In this document: positions 43,585 to 52,899 of the stretch, one piece after another | How positions within the stretch are numbered: the first letter of the stretch is position 1 | How the letters are laid out: every line of letters begins with the position of its first letter | Virus record (IMG/VR): IMGVR_UViG_3300014968_000002 | Span: 673 to 64,672 of that record | DNA: 64,000 nucleotides | Reading direction: 5' to 3' (one strand) | Source: a virus | Lineage: Duplodnaviria; Caudoviricetes | Notes under the pieces: model-generated | Told to the model about the DNA's origin: nothing | Database searches by the model: none | The model's input: the letters and a program-made list of their open reading frames with translations, nothing else | Program-made: the position numbers and the translations under genes

Positions 43585-44547
43585 TCAGAATGCAGTGATG
43601 ATGATGAGCGCAGGCCCACCGTCACCGCCTGCACCTCCGGTTATGCCGCCGCCGCCGCCACCGCCACCACAGCCATATCCTCCGTTTCCGCCGCGTCCCC
43701 CTACACCGGCGTTGAACCACGATCCGCCACCGCCGCCTCCGCTCTTGAACGAGAGCAGCGGCCTTGCAACCTGGCAGCCGATTGGGTAGAACCCGCGAGC
43801 GCCGTCCTGCCCATTAGGGCTACCAGAAGATGAACCGCCACCGCCAACGTTGGCTTCTCCTGACTGTGTCCATACCGGCACTGGGTAGGAGCATTGAAGA
43901 CCTGTAAAGCCAGCACCAGTCGTGCCGATTGAGCCGCCTCCAATGCCCCCAAGAATCGGCCAGTTGTTTATGTTGCCGCCACCAGAGCTATTGCTGTTGA
44001 AGCCGCCCGTGCCAGCGCCATTGCCTGCCGCGCCGTTGTTGACGCTGGTCAACTCGAACATTGAATTGGTGCCGAATGCAATTGCTCCGGCTGTTCCGGC
44101 AGCACCGCCTGCTGCGCCAGTGCCAGCGCCACCGCCAGCTGGCAGGGTAGAGGTAACAAGATAGTTAACCCCGTTGTCGCTCGCACGGCTTACCTGCGGG
44201 AAAAGCTGGATGCTGGACCGCGCGGGCACAGAGCCAGCAGACCCAGACGAAGCTCCGCCAGCGCCACCAAGCGCCGGGCTTACATACAGCACGTCCGCGA
44301 CTTGCTGGGCGAGGTACAGTGCAACGCCAATTGCCCCTGCTCCGCCGCCGCCCCCGCCACCGGCAGCAGAGGCCGCACCGCTGAATCCAGCGCCACCGCC
44401 CGCTCCCGCGCCGATCATTAGGAAGTGAACGAACGTGCAGCCACGCGGCTTGTACCATGGTAGGTACTGGCCGTCAGCAGACGCCCGACCAGTGAAAATT
44501 TGCTGGTCAACGGCTGAAGCGCGCGGCAGGTCGTACAGGTCGAGCAT
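43585..44547 (-). CDS. Gly-rich fibre protein, paralogue 1
   Basis: Same N- and C-terminal motifs as neighbours. Confidence 0.8.
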   Translation of the reverse strand: MLDLYDLPRASAVDQQIFTGRASADGQYLPWYKPRGCTFVHFLMIGAGAGGGAGFSGAASAAGGGGGGGAGAIGVALYLAQQVADVLYVSPALGGAGGASSGSAGSVPARSSIQLFPQVSRASDNGVNYLVTSTLPAGGGAGTGAAGGAAGTAGAIAFGTNSMFELTSVNNGAAGNGAGTGGFNSNSSGGGNINNWPILGGIGGGSIGTTGAGFTGLQCSYPVPVWTQSGEANVGGGGSSSGSPNGQDGARGFYPIGCQVARPLLSFKSGGGGGGSWFNAGVGGRGGNGGYGCGGGGGGGGITGGAGGDGGPALIIITAF

Positions 44548-44706
44548 TTAGTCGGCGGCTTTGTATGAAAATCCAGGTGCATTTGGAACGACAGTGCCGT
44601 CCTCAAAGGTTACATTGATGAGCTCATGCGAGTCATCATCAACGTTCTGGTAGCCCGTGCGCCCCTCGTACTCGGGCGGCGACAGGAAAACGATTGCCTG
44701 TTGCAT
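44548..44706 (-). CDS. Small hypothetical protein (52 aa, not in ORF track)
   Basis: Hand-translated MQQAIVFLSPPEYEGRTGYQNVDDDSHELINVTFEDGTVVPNAPGFSYKAAD; fills the gap exactly. Confidence 0.65.
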   Translation of the reverse strand: MQQAIVFLSPPEYEGRTGYQNVDDDSHELINVTFEDGTVVPNAPGFSYKAAD

Positions 44707-44707
44707 G

Positions 44708-45163
44708 TCAGTACTTTCCCATTCGTACCACGGCCTTCCATTTTGTATTGGTGGCTGGAATGACGTGGTTGGTTACAAGGACCGTATAGCCAGGAGGAAG
44801 CGCCCTGTTGATAGGCACAACCACCGGGAACACAGGATTGGTCGAACTGTCGGCGGTCTGCGAAGCAAGCGACACCTCGCCCACCGGATGCGTATTGGCA
44901 GCACTGGTCGAAGTGTTCGCATTGGCCTGCGATGAGATGAACACGCGGCCAACAGTTGCAGTGGTTGCGGTAGCGTTGGCCGTGGCGGTCGGCCAGAATT
45001 CCACGGCCTGCACAAAGCCGCCATTGTTGGTGTCGACCTGAGCAGCCTGGAAGATATCCGTGCCGATGGTGCCTGAGCCATCGCTCTTGGTATTGCCGGC
45101 GGTGATTTCGACGCCTTGAACGTCTCCCGCGCGGGAGTAGATCGGGTCAATGTTAGCGGTCAT
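44708..45163 (-). CDS. Hypothetical virion protein
   Basis: ATGA overlap; Thr/Ala-rich beta-type sequence. Confidence 0.7.
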   Translation of the reverse strand: MTANIDPIYSRAGDVQGVEITAGNTKSDGSGTIGTDIFQAAQVDTNNGGFVQAVEFWPTATANATATTATVGRVFISSQANANTSTSAANTHPVGEVSLASQTADSSTNPVFPVVVPINRALPPGYTVLVTNHVIPATNTKWKAVVRMGKY

Positions 45164-45519
45164 GCTGTCCACCCTTGTCTTTGCATGGTCGCCAACTGCC
45201 GACCTAGGTTCACGTTACCAAGCGACACCGCTCCGATGTCGCACCAAATGTTCTTGCTGCCTGCGCTCCAGCTAACGGCATTGCCGCTGTTCGAGCTGTC
45301 GCGTATCTGGTCGCGGGTGATGCCTGTGCTGCCGTCGAAAGTGCCGATGCCCACTTCCCAGTTGCCCGCGCCGTCGCTGACCGCGTACTCGATGCTCTGC
45401 CCCGCGCTTAACTGCGAGGCAAAGGTGGAGTATCCAGTGACCGCAGAGCCGGAGGTTGTGTAGCTCCCCGTCCCTGTGGTCGTGGTCGTTTCCTGCACGC
45501 GGTCTTGACGAACGGGCAT
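45160..45519 (-). CDS. Fibre-base-like virion protein
   Basis: DRVQETTTTTGTG...GY.TF...WEVGIGT common phage fibre N-terminus. Confidence 0.75.
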   Translation of the reverse strand: MPVRQDRVQETTTTTGTGSYTTSGSAVTGYSTFASQLSAGQSIEYAVSDGAGNWEVGIGTFDGSTGITRDQIRDSSNSGNAVSWSAGSKNIWCDIGAVSLGNVNLGRQLATMQRQGWTA

Positions 45520-45526
45520 GGCTACC

Positions 45527-46282
45527 TCAAACGCTGATCGACCAGGACACGTTCAACTGGTCGGTGTTGGCCACGGTCTTGGAGCCGCCGGTGAAATCGC
45601 CTGCAGAGACCAAGGTGCCGGTCGTGTTGTCCTTGGTAGCGCTGCCTCCCTGTACGAAGCAGGATCCTGCCACGGTGCCGCCCGACGTGAACGTGAAGTT
45701 TTGGGCGGAGCTGATGGCCTTTGATCCTGCCGACGCAGCCGACCACGCGGGAGCTGGGCGGTTGCCGCTGTAGGCCGGCGCATTGGTGCCGCCCACTTCT
45801 GACCATCCTGCATGGGATGACATGGTATCGCCTGCGGCCGCGCTGCCCGTTCCCTTGAGGAACATGTTGAGCGCCGCGGTATAGGCCGAGCCGGCAAAGT
45901 ACTTGTCCAGCATTTCGTTCTTGCCGACGGTCGTGATGAGGTTCGGATAGGTATCCGCCCAGACCACGTCGAACGGCTCGACCGACAAGCGGCCAAGGCA
46001 GCCGCGCTGCACGCGCGTGAGGCGCTCTCGGATATTCAGCTCGATGCCGAGCAGCCTGCCATCCGCGGCGCGGCGGAGGAAGTTGTAGATGCCTAGGCGG
46101 TCGGCCTTCATGGCCAAGGAATGCAGCAGCCATGCCAGCTCAGCCTGGTACCACTCACGCCTGCGCGGGCTGCAGAGCGTGGCCTGGTAGACGCCGAATG
46201 CGACGCCTTTCTCGTGGCTTGCCGAGCCTGCCGCGATGATTGCCGCAGTGCCTTCGACCGCCTTCAGTGATTCCTTGTTCAT
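45527..46282 (-). CDS. Hypothetical virion protein
   Basis: NLITTVGKN.MLD..F, P.WSAA..G, TF..GGTVAG, SAGDF.GGS. Confidence 0.75.
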   Translation of the reverse strand: MNKESLKAVEGTAAIIAAGSASHEKGVAFGVYQATLCSPRRREWYQAELAWLLHSLAMKADRLGIYNFLRRAADGRLLGIELNIRERLTRVQRGCLGRLSVEPFDVVWADTYPNLITTVGKNEMLDKYFAGSAYTAALNMFLKGTGSAAAGDTMSSHAGWSEVGGTNAPAYSGNRPAPAWSAASAGSKAISSAQNFTFTSGGTVAGSCFVQGGSATKDNTTGTLVSAGDFTGGSKTVANTDQLNVSWSISV

Positions 46283-46575
46283 TTCGCCTCCTCGTGTTCT
46301 TGGCCCTGGGCCACGTCGCGCTCATGCTGCTCGGCCCTGCGCGCGAGGTGCTCCTCACGCAGGCGCTCGCGGCCGGCGTCGTCAGGCTGCTCCTCGGTCA
46401 GTTCCAGTTGCTCGCTGTTGAAGTGCCTGGTCCTGGTCTCGCCGGTGGCAGGATCGTCGTACTCCACCTCGTAATCCACAGATTCGCCGTCATCGGAAAG
46501 ATGGCCGGCAATAATGCGGCCCTCGATGACTGGCTGGATAAGCCTGACATGCGAGAAAGATTTGAAAGTCTTCAT
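46279..46575 (-). CDS. Hypothetical protein
   Basis: AAGGAG SD; ATGA overlap. Confidence 0.7.
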   Translation of the reverse strand: MKTFKSFSHVRLIQPVIEGRIIAGHLSDDGESVDYEVEYDDPATGETRTRHFNSEQLELTEEQPDDAGRERLREEHLARRAEQHERDVAQGQEHEEAK

Positions 46576-46584
46576 GACTTCTCC

Positions 46585-46947
46585 TTACTTGAACCGCAGT
46601 TGAAATTCAATTCCGCCCATGGTCACCTTCATGCCTTGGAACAGCTTGTCCGCCGGAATGGGCAAGTCGGCATCCTTGCCCGCAGTGCCGGTCATCAGGA
46701 CTTCCTTGCTTGCCTTCCGCAGCACGCGGAACGTGGCAGGCACGCCCATCTTGATGACCTGCTCGGAGCCTGGCGACTCAAAGGTGTACTTGGAGAGCGA
46801 GGCATCGACCTCCATTGACTCGGCCAGACCAAAGCGCACAAGGACGTCGCCGCTCTTGTCCAGTACCTCGAGCGTAGCGCCTTGCATTTCAGCGGCGACG
46901 GCCCGCGCTGCAATCTCTTCGGCCAGCTTGGTCAGGGTTTGCGCCAT
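46585..46947 (-). CDS. Hypothetical protein
   Basis: Directly after portal stop. Confidence 0.7.
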   Translation of the reverse strand: MAQTLTKLAEEIAARAVAAEMQGATLEVLDKSGDVLVRFGLAESMEVDASLSKYTFESPGSEQVIKMGVPATFRVLRKASKEVLMTGTAGKDADLPIPADKLFQGMKVTMGGIEFQLRFK

Positions 46948-46948
46948 G

Positions 46949-48940
46949 TTAGTCATCCTTGTCCATCTCGATGGTCACGCTCTTTTGCAGCCCAGTCTCG
47001 ACTTCGGTTACCTCACCGATAAGCTCGCCGGTCTTCTGGTCCCTGCGCGCCTTCACGATCTTCTTCATCGGGCGAGGATGCTGATCGGCATTGGCCTCCC
47101 GCCTGAGGTCAGCCTTCACGGTGAAGCCGCCCATCTTGACAGCTGGCGGATTGATACGCATGCCGCTCATATCCACGATCGGCGAGCCGACTTCCACGTA
47201 CAGGTCGCCGCCTCCTTCCAGCTTGGCCACGGGCTTCAGCCTGGCGACGCCTGGCTTCTGGCCTGGCTTGGCCTGGCCATCCTTGGCCGGATCGCCTGGC
47301 TTAGCGCCTGGCGCGGCAGCCTGGCCGCCGCCGCCTGGCTGCATGCCCATGACCGGAGGCGGCTCGGGCGGATTGACCGCATCCTGCCTGGCGCGCTCGA
47401 CGGTCTCCTTGAGCGGCACCGGTCCCGCGGCCGTCTCAACCAGGAGTTCGTCCATGCCGCGCGGCGACAGGCCTGCGTCGGACCGGGCTTCATCGGGCGA
47501 CATGATGCCGGCCTTGACATAGGCGACGTTGGTATCGGCCTTGACCTTCGGATCCACTTCCACGGCCAGCTTGAACGCGAACTTGACGTCCGGGCACATG
47601 AGCACATTGTTGGTGACCCAAGTCAGCTTGCCCTCCATCCAGCGGAGCAGCGGCATCAGGCCTTCTTCCTTGGCCGACTCGCTTGCCTGCTGCGCACTCG
47701 CGCGGTTCATCTGCTTGAGCAGCGCCTGCGGGCTGATAGAGAAGCAGAAGCAGATAACGCGGGCGAACCATTCATCGGTGCCGTCCGTCAGCGCGACCTC
47801 GTTGTCCTTCAAGTTGAAGATGGACTTCAGCTCGGGGATGAACTGCAGCCGGCGGCGCATCTTGGTATTGCCGGACAGGCGCGAATCGAATTGGTCCTGG
47901 AACTCGGCCGTCTGCTCGGGCGTCCAGGTCTCAGGCACGCCGAGCAGCGCATCGGGAATATTACCCTCGGTGTAATACTCCAACTGATAGGCCTGGCGGC
48001 GCATGGCGATGTTGACCGTCGTGATGACCTGCTCCACAGGCGAGTAGCCGTAGAGCTTGTTGGTGCGCTGGTTGCGCATCCAGTAGAGAAGCTGGTCGCC
48101 CTCGGCCCGCAGGTCGTCGCCCTTGGCAATGCCCATATAGTCTGCCGCAGGCACGCCCTTGATGATCTGCTGGTACGCAGGATCAGGCGGCATAGGGCGC
48201 ATGCCGCGCTCGTCAATAAGGAGCTTCACAGTTGCCACGTCGATGGGCACCAGCGAATGCAGGTCGCCTTTGCGGTCGGCGCGAGGATAGAGTGCCACGC
48301 CGTCGCAGACGAGGTGCTCGTCCATTAGCACGCGGGACCATTCGAGCCAGTCCTGGTCCGGCGTCGGTTGCTCGAAGAACTCCGATGCTTTCTTGATCTG
48401 GTCCTTGAAGTCATCCTTCTTCTTGGTCTGGTCCTTCGGCACAATCTCCCATTCGTAGGCGCACACTTGATCCTTGCGCGTCTCTATCACAAGCGAGAGC
48501 AGGTCGTAGTTCTCGCGCAAGGCGCGCAGCACCTGGAACGGCACGCCTGCGCCTGCCTCGCTCTTGGGCAGGAACTGTATGTTCTGGCCTTGCTGGAAGT
48601 CCCAGCGCCGGCCCTTCGCGCCCAGGTCGTCGCTCTGCGCATACGGCTGCAGAGGCTGCTGAGGTGAGAACCACGTCGTCGGCCTGATGCCGCTGATGAG
48701 GAACCGCATGCCTTCCTGTACGCGCTGCGAGAGCGGCACCTTGGTCATGCCTGTCTGCGACATGGCACGCGCCTGCTCGGCCAATGAATATGCACGCGCG
48801 CCCGCAGTCGGCGACACTTTGGCGAGGACTTCCATCAGCTCGACTGCGCCCCTGGCATTCGGGTCTCGGGCCAAGACCTTGGCCAATTCCATGCCCAGCT
48901 TGGGATCAATGATATCCCGCCCTGTGATTGCCTGGCTCAT
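46949..48940 (-). CDS. Portal protein (HK97-like) with extended termini
   Basis: After TerL; LSLVIETRKDQ, IDVATVKLLID.RG, YGYSPVEQ, YYTEGNIP, MSPDEARS..GL. Confidence 0.9.
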   Translation of the reverse strand: MSQAITGRDIIDPKLGMELAKVLARDPNARGAVELMEVLAKVSPTAGARAYSLAEQARAMSQTGMTKVPLSQRVQEGMRFLISGIRPTTWFSPQQPLQPYAQSDDLGAKGRRWDFQQGQNIQFLPKSEAGAGVPFQVLRALRENYDLLSLVIETRKDQVCAYEWEIVPKDQTKKKDDFKDQIKKASEFFEQPTPDQDWLEWSRVLMDEHLVCDGVALYPRADRKGDLHSLVPIDVATVKLLIDERGMRPMPPDPAYQQIIKGVPAADYMGIAKGDDLRAEGDQLLYWMRNQRTNKLYGYSPVEQVITTVNIAMRRQAYQLEYYTEGNIPDALLGVPETWTPEQTAEFQDQFDSRLSGNTKMRRRLQFIPELKSIFNLKDNEVALTDGTDEWFARVICFCFSISPQALLKQMNRASAQQASESAKEEGLMPLLRWMEGKLTWVTNNVLMCPDVKFAFKLAVEVDPKVKADTNVAYVKAGIMSPDEARSDAGLSPRGMDELLVETAAGPVPLKETVERARQDAVNPPEPPPVMGMQPGGGGQAAAPGAKPGDPAKDGQAKPGQKPGVARLKPVAKLEGGGDLYVEVGSPIVDMSGMRINPPAVKMGGFTVKADLRREANADQHPRPMKKIVKARRDQKTGELIGEVTEVETGLQKSVTIEMDKDD

Positions 48941-50592
48941 GCCTTAGCTCCTAGACGAATATGTCGGACTTCTTGATTTGGTTCGGGGCGGGACAGAGGC
49001 GGCTGCTTGGGCGCATCGTCGTGGAGGGTAGCCTCCACGTCGTAGCCCTGCGCTTCAGCTTGATCGAAGAACGAGGACCGCCGCTTAGCAGGCACAGGCG
49101 GAGGAGTGTCGCCTAGCTGCTTGCGTCCTGACCGGCCCTTCTTCTTCGCTGCCTTGGCAGCCGCGAACTGGTCTCGCAAGGCTGCCTTATCCGCCAAGGC
49201 TATGCGCGCAGCCGCCTCTTCCAGCATCACTTCCTCGACGGTCTTGCCTGGCGGGCGCTGCTGCACATCAGCGTCCTGCGTCTCAGGCGGCCTGTTCTTC
49301 TCATTCTCGCGCCGATAGAATTCGATGATGTTAGCTCCGCCGCCGATCTTGAGGCCTAGCTCCGTGATCGCCCATACAAGCGCATCGGCCCGGTCAGGCG
49401 AGCCTTCGCCCGAGTAGCCGTTGGTCGCCCAGGCTGCCATCTGATCCTCAAGGCGGTCGAGCCTGCCTACGTGATGGACGATGCCTTTCTCGTAGAGCGA
49501 AGAAACCGGCTCCGCGCGGGCGGTCTTGCCGCGAGACGCATTGACCAGCGTAACCGGGACATTCTTGTTCTGGGAGTTGATGACATAGCGGACCATCTCA
49601 CCGCCGAAGTTCTTTTCGGCCACGATCCTGTCGGCTTCGTAAGTGATGTATCCGTTGATGGCAGCGCGGCCCCATTTCGCAGGGCCAGCATTAAGGGACA
49701 AGTCGGCGAGGACATAGAGATGATCGTCAACGCCTTTGCCAGCAACCACGATCCCGATTTCGTCGTTATCATTTTCCTCGCCTTCCTTGGCATCGGCTGC
49801 GCCCGACGGGTCGACTGCGACCACAATGCGCTTCAGCTCTGGAACATTCTCTTTCTCCACGCGGCACTTCTCAATGACCTCATAAGGCCACAGAGCGCCG
49901 TCCACTTCATCGACGTACAAACCCTCGTAGAAGCGCTTGCGCTGGCGCTCGGGCATTCCTGCCAGCTCTGCGAGGTATTCCTGCGACAGATGCGGATTGT
50001 CGACAGGGTTCATGAAGATCCGGCCGTAATTCTGCGGGTTGGCCAGAGGCTGCCGCGTGCGAGGATCTTTCTTCTCGCCGAAGAGGACATTGGTCCAATG
50101 GCCCTTGCCCACTGGGTTAAGGTCGTAGAATGCGCGCTGCTTGATGGCAGGATGGACTTCGGCAAGGCGCGTCAATGCGATGAGCACGGAAGCATAGGCT
50201 ATCTGGCTGCACTCGTTGAAGAGGATCGTGGAGTACTCGTTACCGAGAATCTTCTCCACGCGCTCCTTGTCATCAAGACCTCCGATCCATATCTGCGAGC
50301 CGCAGTCGGGGATTTCGTAGAAGCCGTCCTGGCGGTGCTCGATGAGCGGGCAGCCGAGAATGCCTGCAATCTTGGGCAGCGTGCCGAGCGCAATGGACGT
50401 GCGGGCAGCATTGGCGCGCAGGCGGAATATCGCGTGCTTGGTGCCTGGCGCTTTCGTGGCGCGGGCGAGAATGCCGGCGATGAATCCTGAGGTCTTGGTC
50501 GAGCGCGAGCCGCCTACCGCGCAAAAGTGCCGCACCCTCGCGAAGCCTTTGGCCTGCTCAAGCTGCTTCGCGGTTGCGGTCCACTTTCCCAT
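48937..50592 (-). CDS. terL: Terminase large subunit
   Basis: GGSRSTKT Walker A, ILFNE Walker B, VAVDPSG, RIVAEKNFGG, RGKTARAEPV..LYE.G, SPDRADALVWA. Confidence 0.95.
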   Translation of the reverse strand: MGKWTATAKQLEQAKGFARVRHFCAVGGSRSTKTSGFIAGILARATKAPGTKHAIFRLRANAARTSIALGTLPKIAGILGCPLIEHRQDGFYEIPDCGSQIWIGGLDDKERVEKILGNEYSTILFNECSQIAYASVLIALTRLAEVHPAIKQRAFYDLNPVGKGHWTNVLFGEKKDPRTRQPLANPQNYGRIFMNPVDNPHLSQEYLAELAGMPERQRKRFYEGLYVDEVDGALWPYEVIEKCRVEKENVPELKRIVVAVDPSGAADAKEGEENDNDEIGIVVAGKGVDDHLYVLADLSLNAGPAKWGRAAINGYITYEADRIVAEKNFGGEMVRYVINSQNKNVPVTLVNASRGKTARAEPVSSLYEKGIVHHVGRLDRLEDQMAAWATNGYSGEGSPDRADALVWAITELGLKIGGGANIIEFYRRENEKNRPPETQDADVQQRPPGKTVEEVMLEEAAARIALADKAALRDQFAAAKAAKKKGRSGRKQLGDTPPPVPAKRRSSFFDQAEAQGYDVEATLHDDAPKQPPLSRPEPNQEVRHIRLGAKA

Positions 50593-51014
50593 CAGGCGTC
50601 CTTATACTCCTCGCCGAACTGCAGGACTATAGCCCCGCCGTTCTCGCCGCTGACCTGCATGGGAATCATCTTGCCGAAGAGCTGGGCCACTGCGCGCTTA
50701 TTCGCGGGGATCTTGCTCTTGCCCAGGGCGACAAAGAAGGCAGGACCGCCGAGGGCCTGGAACGCTTCCATCACGGCTTGCTTCATCGTGCCGGTGAATT
50801 TGTTGGGAGTGCCCTTCTGCCGGCCGCCGGTCTTTGCCTTGCCCTTCTGGAAGGGGCGGCCTGTCGCCTTGCGCTTGGGCTTGATGCCCAGCTCCTTGGC
50901 CATGGCCGGGGTAAGGATAACTGATTGCTTGATGCCAGAGTTGGGCGCTTTGCCCCGCGCCGCAGAACGCGGATCGCGGGACAAGCGCTTGCCTGGCGTG
51001 GTCTTGTTGACCAT
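50592..51014 (-). CDS. terS: Terminase small subunit
   Basis: F.KG..KTGGRQKGTPNK.T..MK, GENGGAI; immediately upstream of TerL. Confidence 0.85.
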   Translation of the reverse strand: MVNKTTPGKRLSRDPRSAARGKAPNSGIKQSVILTPAMAKELGIKPKRKATGRPFQKGKAKTGGRQKGTPNKFTGTMKQAVMEAFQALGGPAFFVALGKSKIPANKRAVAQLFGKMIPMQVSGENGGAIVLQFGEEYKDA

Positions 51015-51018
51015 GGCT

Positions 51019-51291
51019 TTAGGTCTCCGCCAGCTCCAGTTCTCCCAGCACGGTGATTTCCACCGAGAGGGTATTGCGCACGTCGCCCTCGGCCGCTTTC
51101 CACTGCGAGCCGCTCGCGCTGCACTTGACGCACAGTTGTTGGCCCATGCCTTCCAATGCTTTGTCCATCTGCAAGGCCACGGCCTGGCGAATGGACTCTT
51201 CCGGCTCGGTGCAGGGATTCTTGCCGAAGTCCTCAGCCAGACGACGCCTTACCGCTGCAGGCCGGCCGATTCGCATCACGCTCCAAGACAT
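51019..51291 (-). CDS. Hypothetical protein
   Basis: GGAGG SD; first gene of late block. Confidence 0.65.
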   Translation of the reverse strand: MSWSVMRIGRPAAVRRRLAEDFGKNPCTEPEESIRQAVALQMDKALEGMGQQLCVKCSASGSQWKAAEGDVRNTLSVEITVLGELELAET

Positions 51292-51409
51292 ATCACCTCC
51301 AATCAAAGTTACTGGGACTTTCCGCTCTACCTCCCCGCTCTAAAATCGAGCGGCTACGGCAGCAGCGCGCATTATGCGGCGGCAAATGGAGCACAATGCG
51401 CAGCCATGC

Positions 51410-51815
51410 GTCCTACACTTTTTGGGCGGGAAAATGTGTAGAAGCCGTTTTCATAGCGGGAATGGGGAGAAAAAGACTACAAAACAGGCCGTTTTTCAGA
51501 GGCGAAAATAATGTGTAGTAAAATGTGTAGTGCTCAGTTTCCGCTATGAAAAGGGCCTGTTTTTCTACGAATTACAAATTGGAAAGAGGTATTGTCGGTA
51601 AGTTTAGAAAATATATAATAATAATAACGAAGAAAATCTATATTTAAGCTTAGAACTAAAGTGTAGTAAGATTCGTAGTAAACCTCTGAAAGGCCTAAGT
51701 CCAACGGGCAAAGAGCCGCAGTCCGCTGTTCCGAAAGCCTTTTTCAGCCCACTTCTCCAATTGGTTTACGTCAAATTCCTCGCCGGACTACGATCTGCCC
51801 TCGCTGTTTTGTAGT
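51410..51815. repeat. AT-rich divergent intergenic region with (T/C)GTAG repeats and inverted repeats (candidate ori/pac)
   Basis: AATGTGTAG at 51433, 51510 and 51522; GTGTAGTA 51661; TTTTCATAGCGG/CCGCTATGAAAA 51448/51541; AAAACAGGCC/GGCCTGTTTT 51481/51554. Confidence 0.7.
51765..51794 (+). promoter_or_regulatory. Putative sigma70-like early promoter
   Basis: TTTACG-N18-TACGAT directly after CCAATTGG. Confidence 0.45.
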
Positions 51816-51840
51816 GCCGTCGGACAAAGGGAGAAGCACG

Positions 51841-52155
51841 ATGACTGGGAGTGAGGGGAGGGTGGGTGTGCTCGTGCACCTGCCGGCAGAGCTGTCTGCC
51901 AAGCTGGACGCGCTGCTGTCTGAGCGCAAAGCGCAGCGTCGCATAGGCACGCTGGCCAAGCGCATCACGCATGAAGAGGAGATGGAAGCGCGGCGCATCT
52001 CCAAGAAGAAAGGCGTGGATGCAGCCAACAAATATCTTCAAAGCCTGCAGGAGGCAAGGCCTGCGAGCGTGCACCGCGCCAGCACCAACAAGGCCGATCT
52101 GGTCGTGGAGCTGGTCGCCGTCGGTCTCCAATCAATGCGCAAGGCGCAAGCATGA
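51841..52155 (+). CDS. Hypothetical putative DNA-binding protein (RHH-like start)
   Basis: GGGAG SD; VLVHLPAELSAKLDALL. Confidence 0.65.
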   Translation: MTGSEGRVGVLVHLPAELSAKLDALLSERKAQRRIGTLAKRITHEEEMEARRISKKKGVDAANKYLQSLQEARPASVHRASTNKADLVVELVAVGLQSMRKAQA

Positions 52156-52373
52156 GCGGGCGCAAGTTCCCGCTCGTCAAGCCCGAAGATCTTCCAAAGC
52201 TGATCCAAGATGCAAGCCGCTATCGCGCCCATCGCGAGGTGGCCTGGGAAGCATTTTTAGTGGGCGGCGACCGCAAGAAGAAGGAATCCGTGCGCGAGGC
52301 ATGGGAGTTGAGCTACGACATGGCGTGGGACCAGCGTTACAACAGGGAGACTGGAAATGATAAACAAGGTTGA
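52152..52373 (+). CDS. Hypothetical protein
   Basis: ATGA overlap. Confidence 0.65.
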   Translation: MSGRKFPLVKPEDLPKLIQDASRYRAHREVAWEAFLVGGDRKKKESVREAWELSYDMAWDQRYNRETGNDKQG

Positions 52374-52899
52374 CGGCGAGGACCAGAGCGAATGGCGCTG
52401 CCCGCATTGCGGCTTAGCTGGCGGCTGGCGCACGGTGCAGGCGCATTGCCACGAGGAGCACAACGGGATTTTTGTGGCAGTGCGCATCGAGCGGCGGAAA
52501 ACATTGGAAGACCGCCGCAAGGAAGATATCCGCAAGGGCGTAACCGGCCGCGTGCCGGCCGAGCGCCCGTCGGACCGCAGGATCAATCATGAGTTCGCAT
52601 GGAAGTGCAGGCTCATTGAGAATGCCTTGCGCAAGGCAGGCGACAAGCATGTATTCATGCAGAGCAACCCGTCGAGCAACAGCGCTGTAATCCTGATCGG
52701 CGGCCCTTCTAATACAGATGAATTTGTTCCTACGCACCGGCATGCCGAGGGCGGCGAATACGAGTTCATTACAGTGCTCAGTCTGAAGCCGATGCCTGGA
52801 GCAAAATTCCTGCGCGGCGTCCTGTATCGTTCGGCCGACGGCACTCTGTACGTGCGCGAAGAGATGGACTTCCTCAATCGCTTCGAGGATATCAAATGA
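52357..52899 (+). CDS. Hypothetical protein with N-terminal CxxC and C-terminal DUF1653-like domain
   Basis: HRH.EGGEYE...VLYRSADG.LYVRE..DF..RFE. Confidence 0.75.
   Translation: MINKVDGEDQSEWRCPHCGLAGGWRTVQAHCHEEHNGIFVAVRIERRKTLEDRRKEDIRKGVTGRVPAERPSDRRINHEFAWKCRLIENALRKAGDKHVFMQSNPSSNSAVILIGGPSNTDEFVPTHRHAEGGEYEFITVLSLKPMPGAKFLRGVLYRSADGTLYVREEMDFLNRFEDIK

Noticed and set aside
41704-44547. Possible diversity-generating retroelement or invertible fibre cassette
   Set aside because: No reverse transcriptase, no template/variable repeat pair with A-specific mismatches, no invertase or flanking inverted repeats seen
46619-48328. 569-aa plus-strand ORF
   Set aside because: Antisense shadow of the portal gene
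51410-51700. GTAG repeats as a CRISPR mini-array
   Set aside because: Cores are only 5-11 nt, irregularly spaced and on both strands
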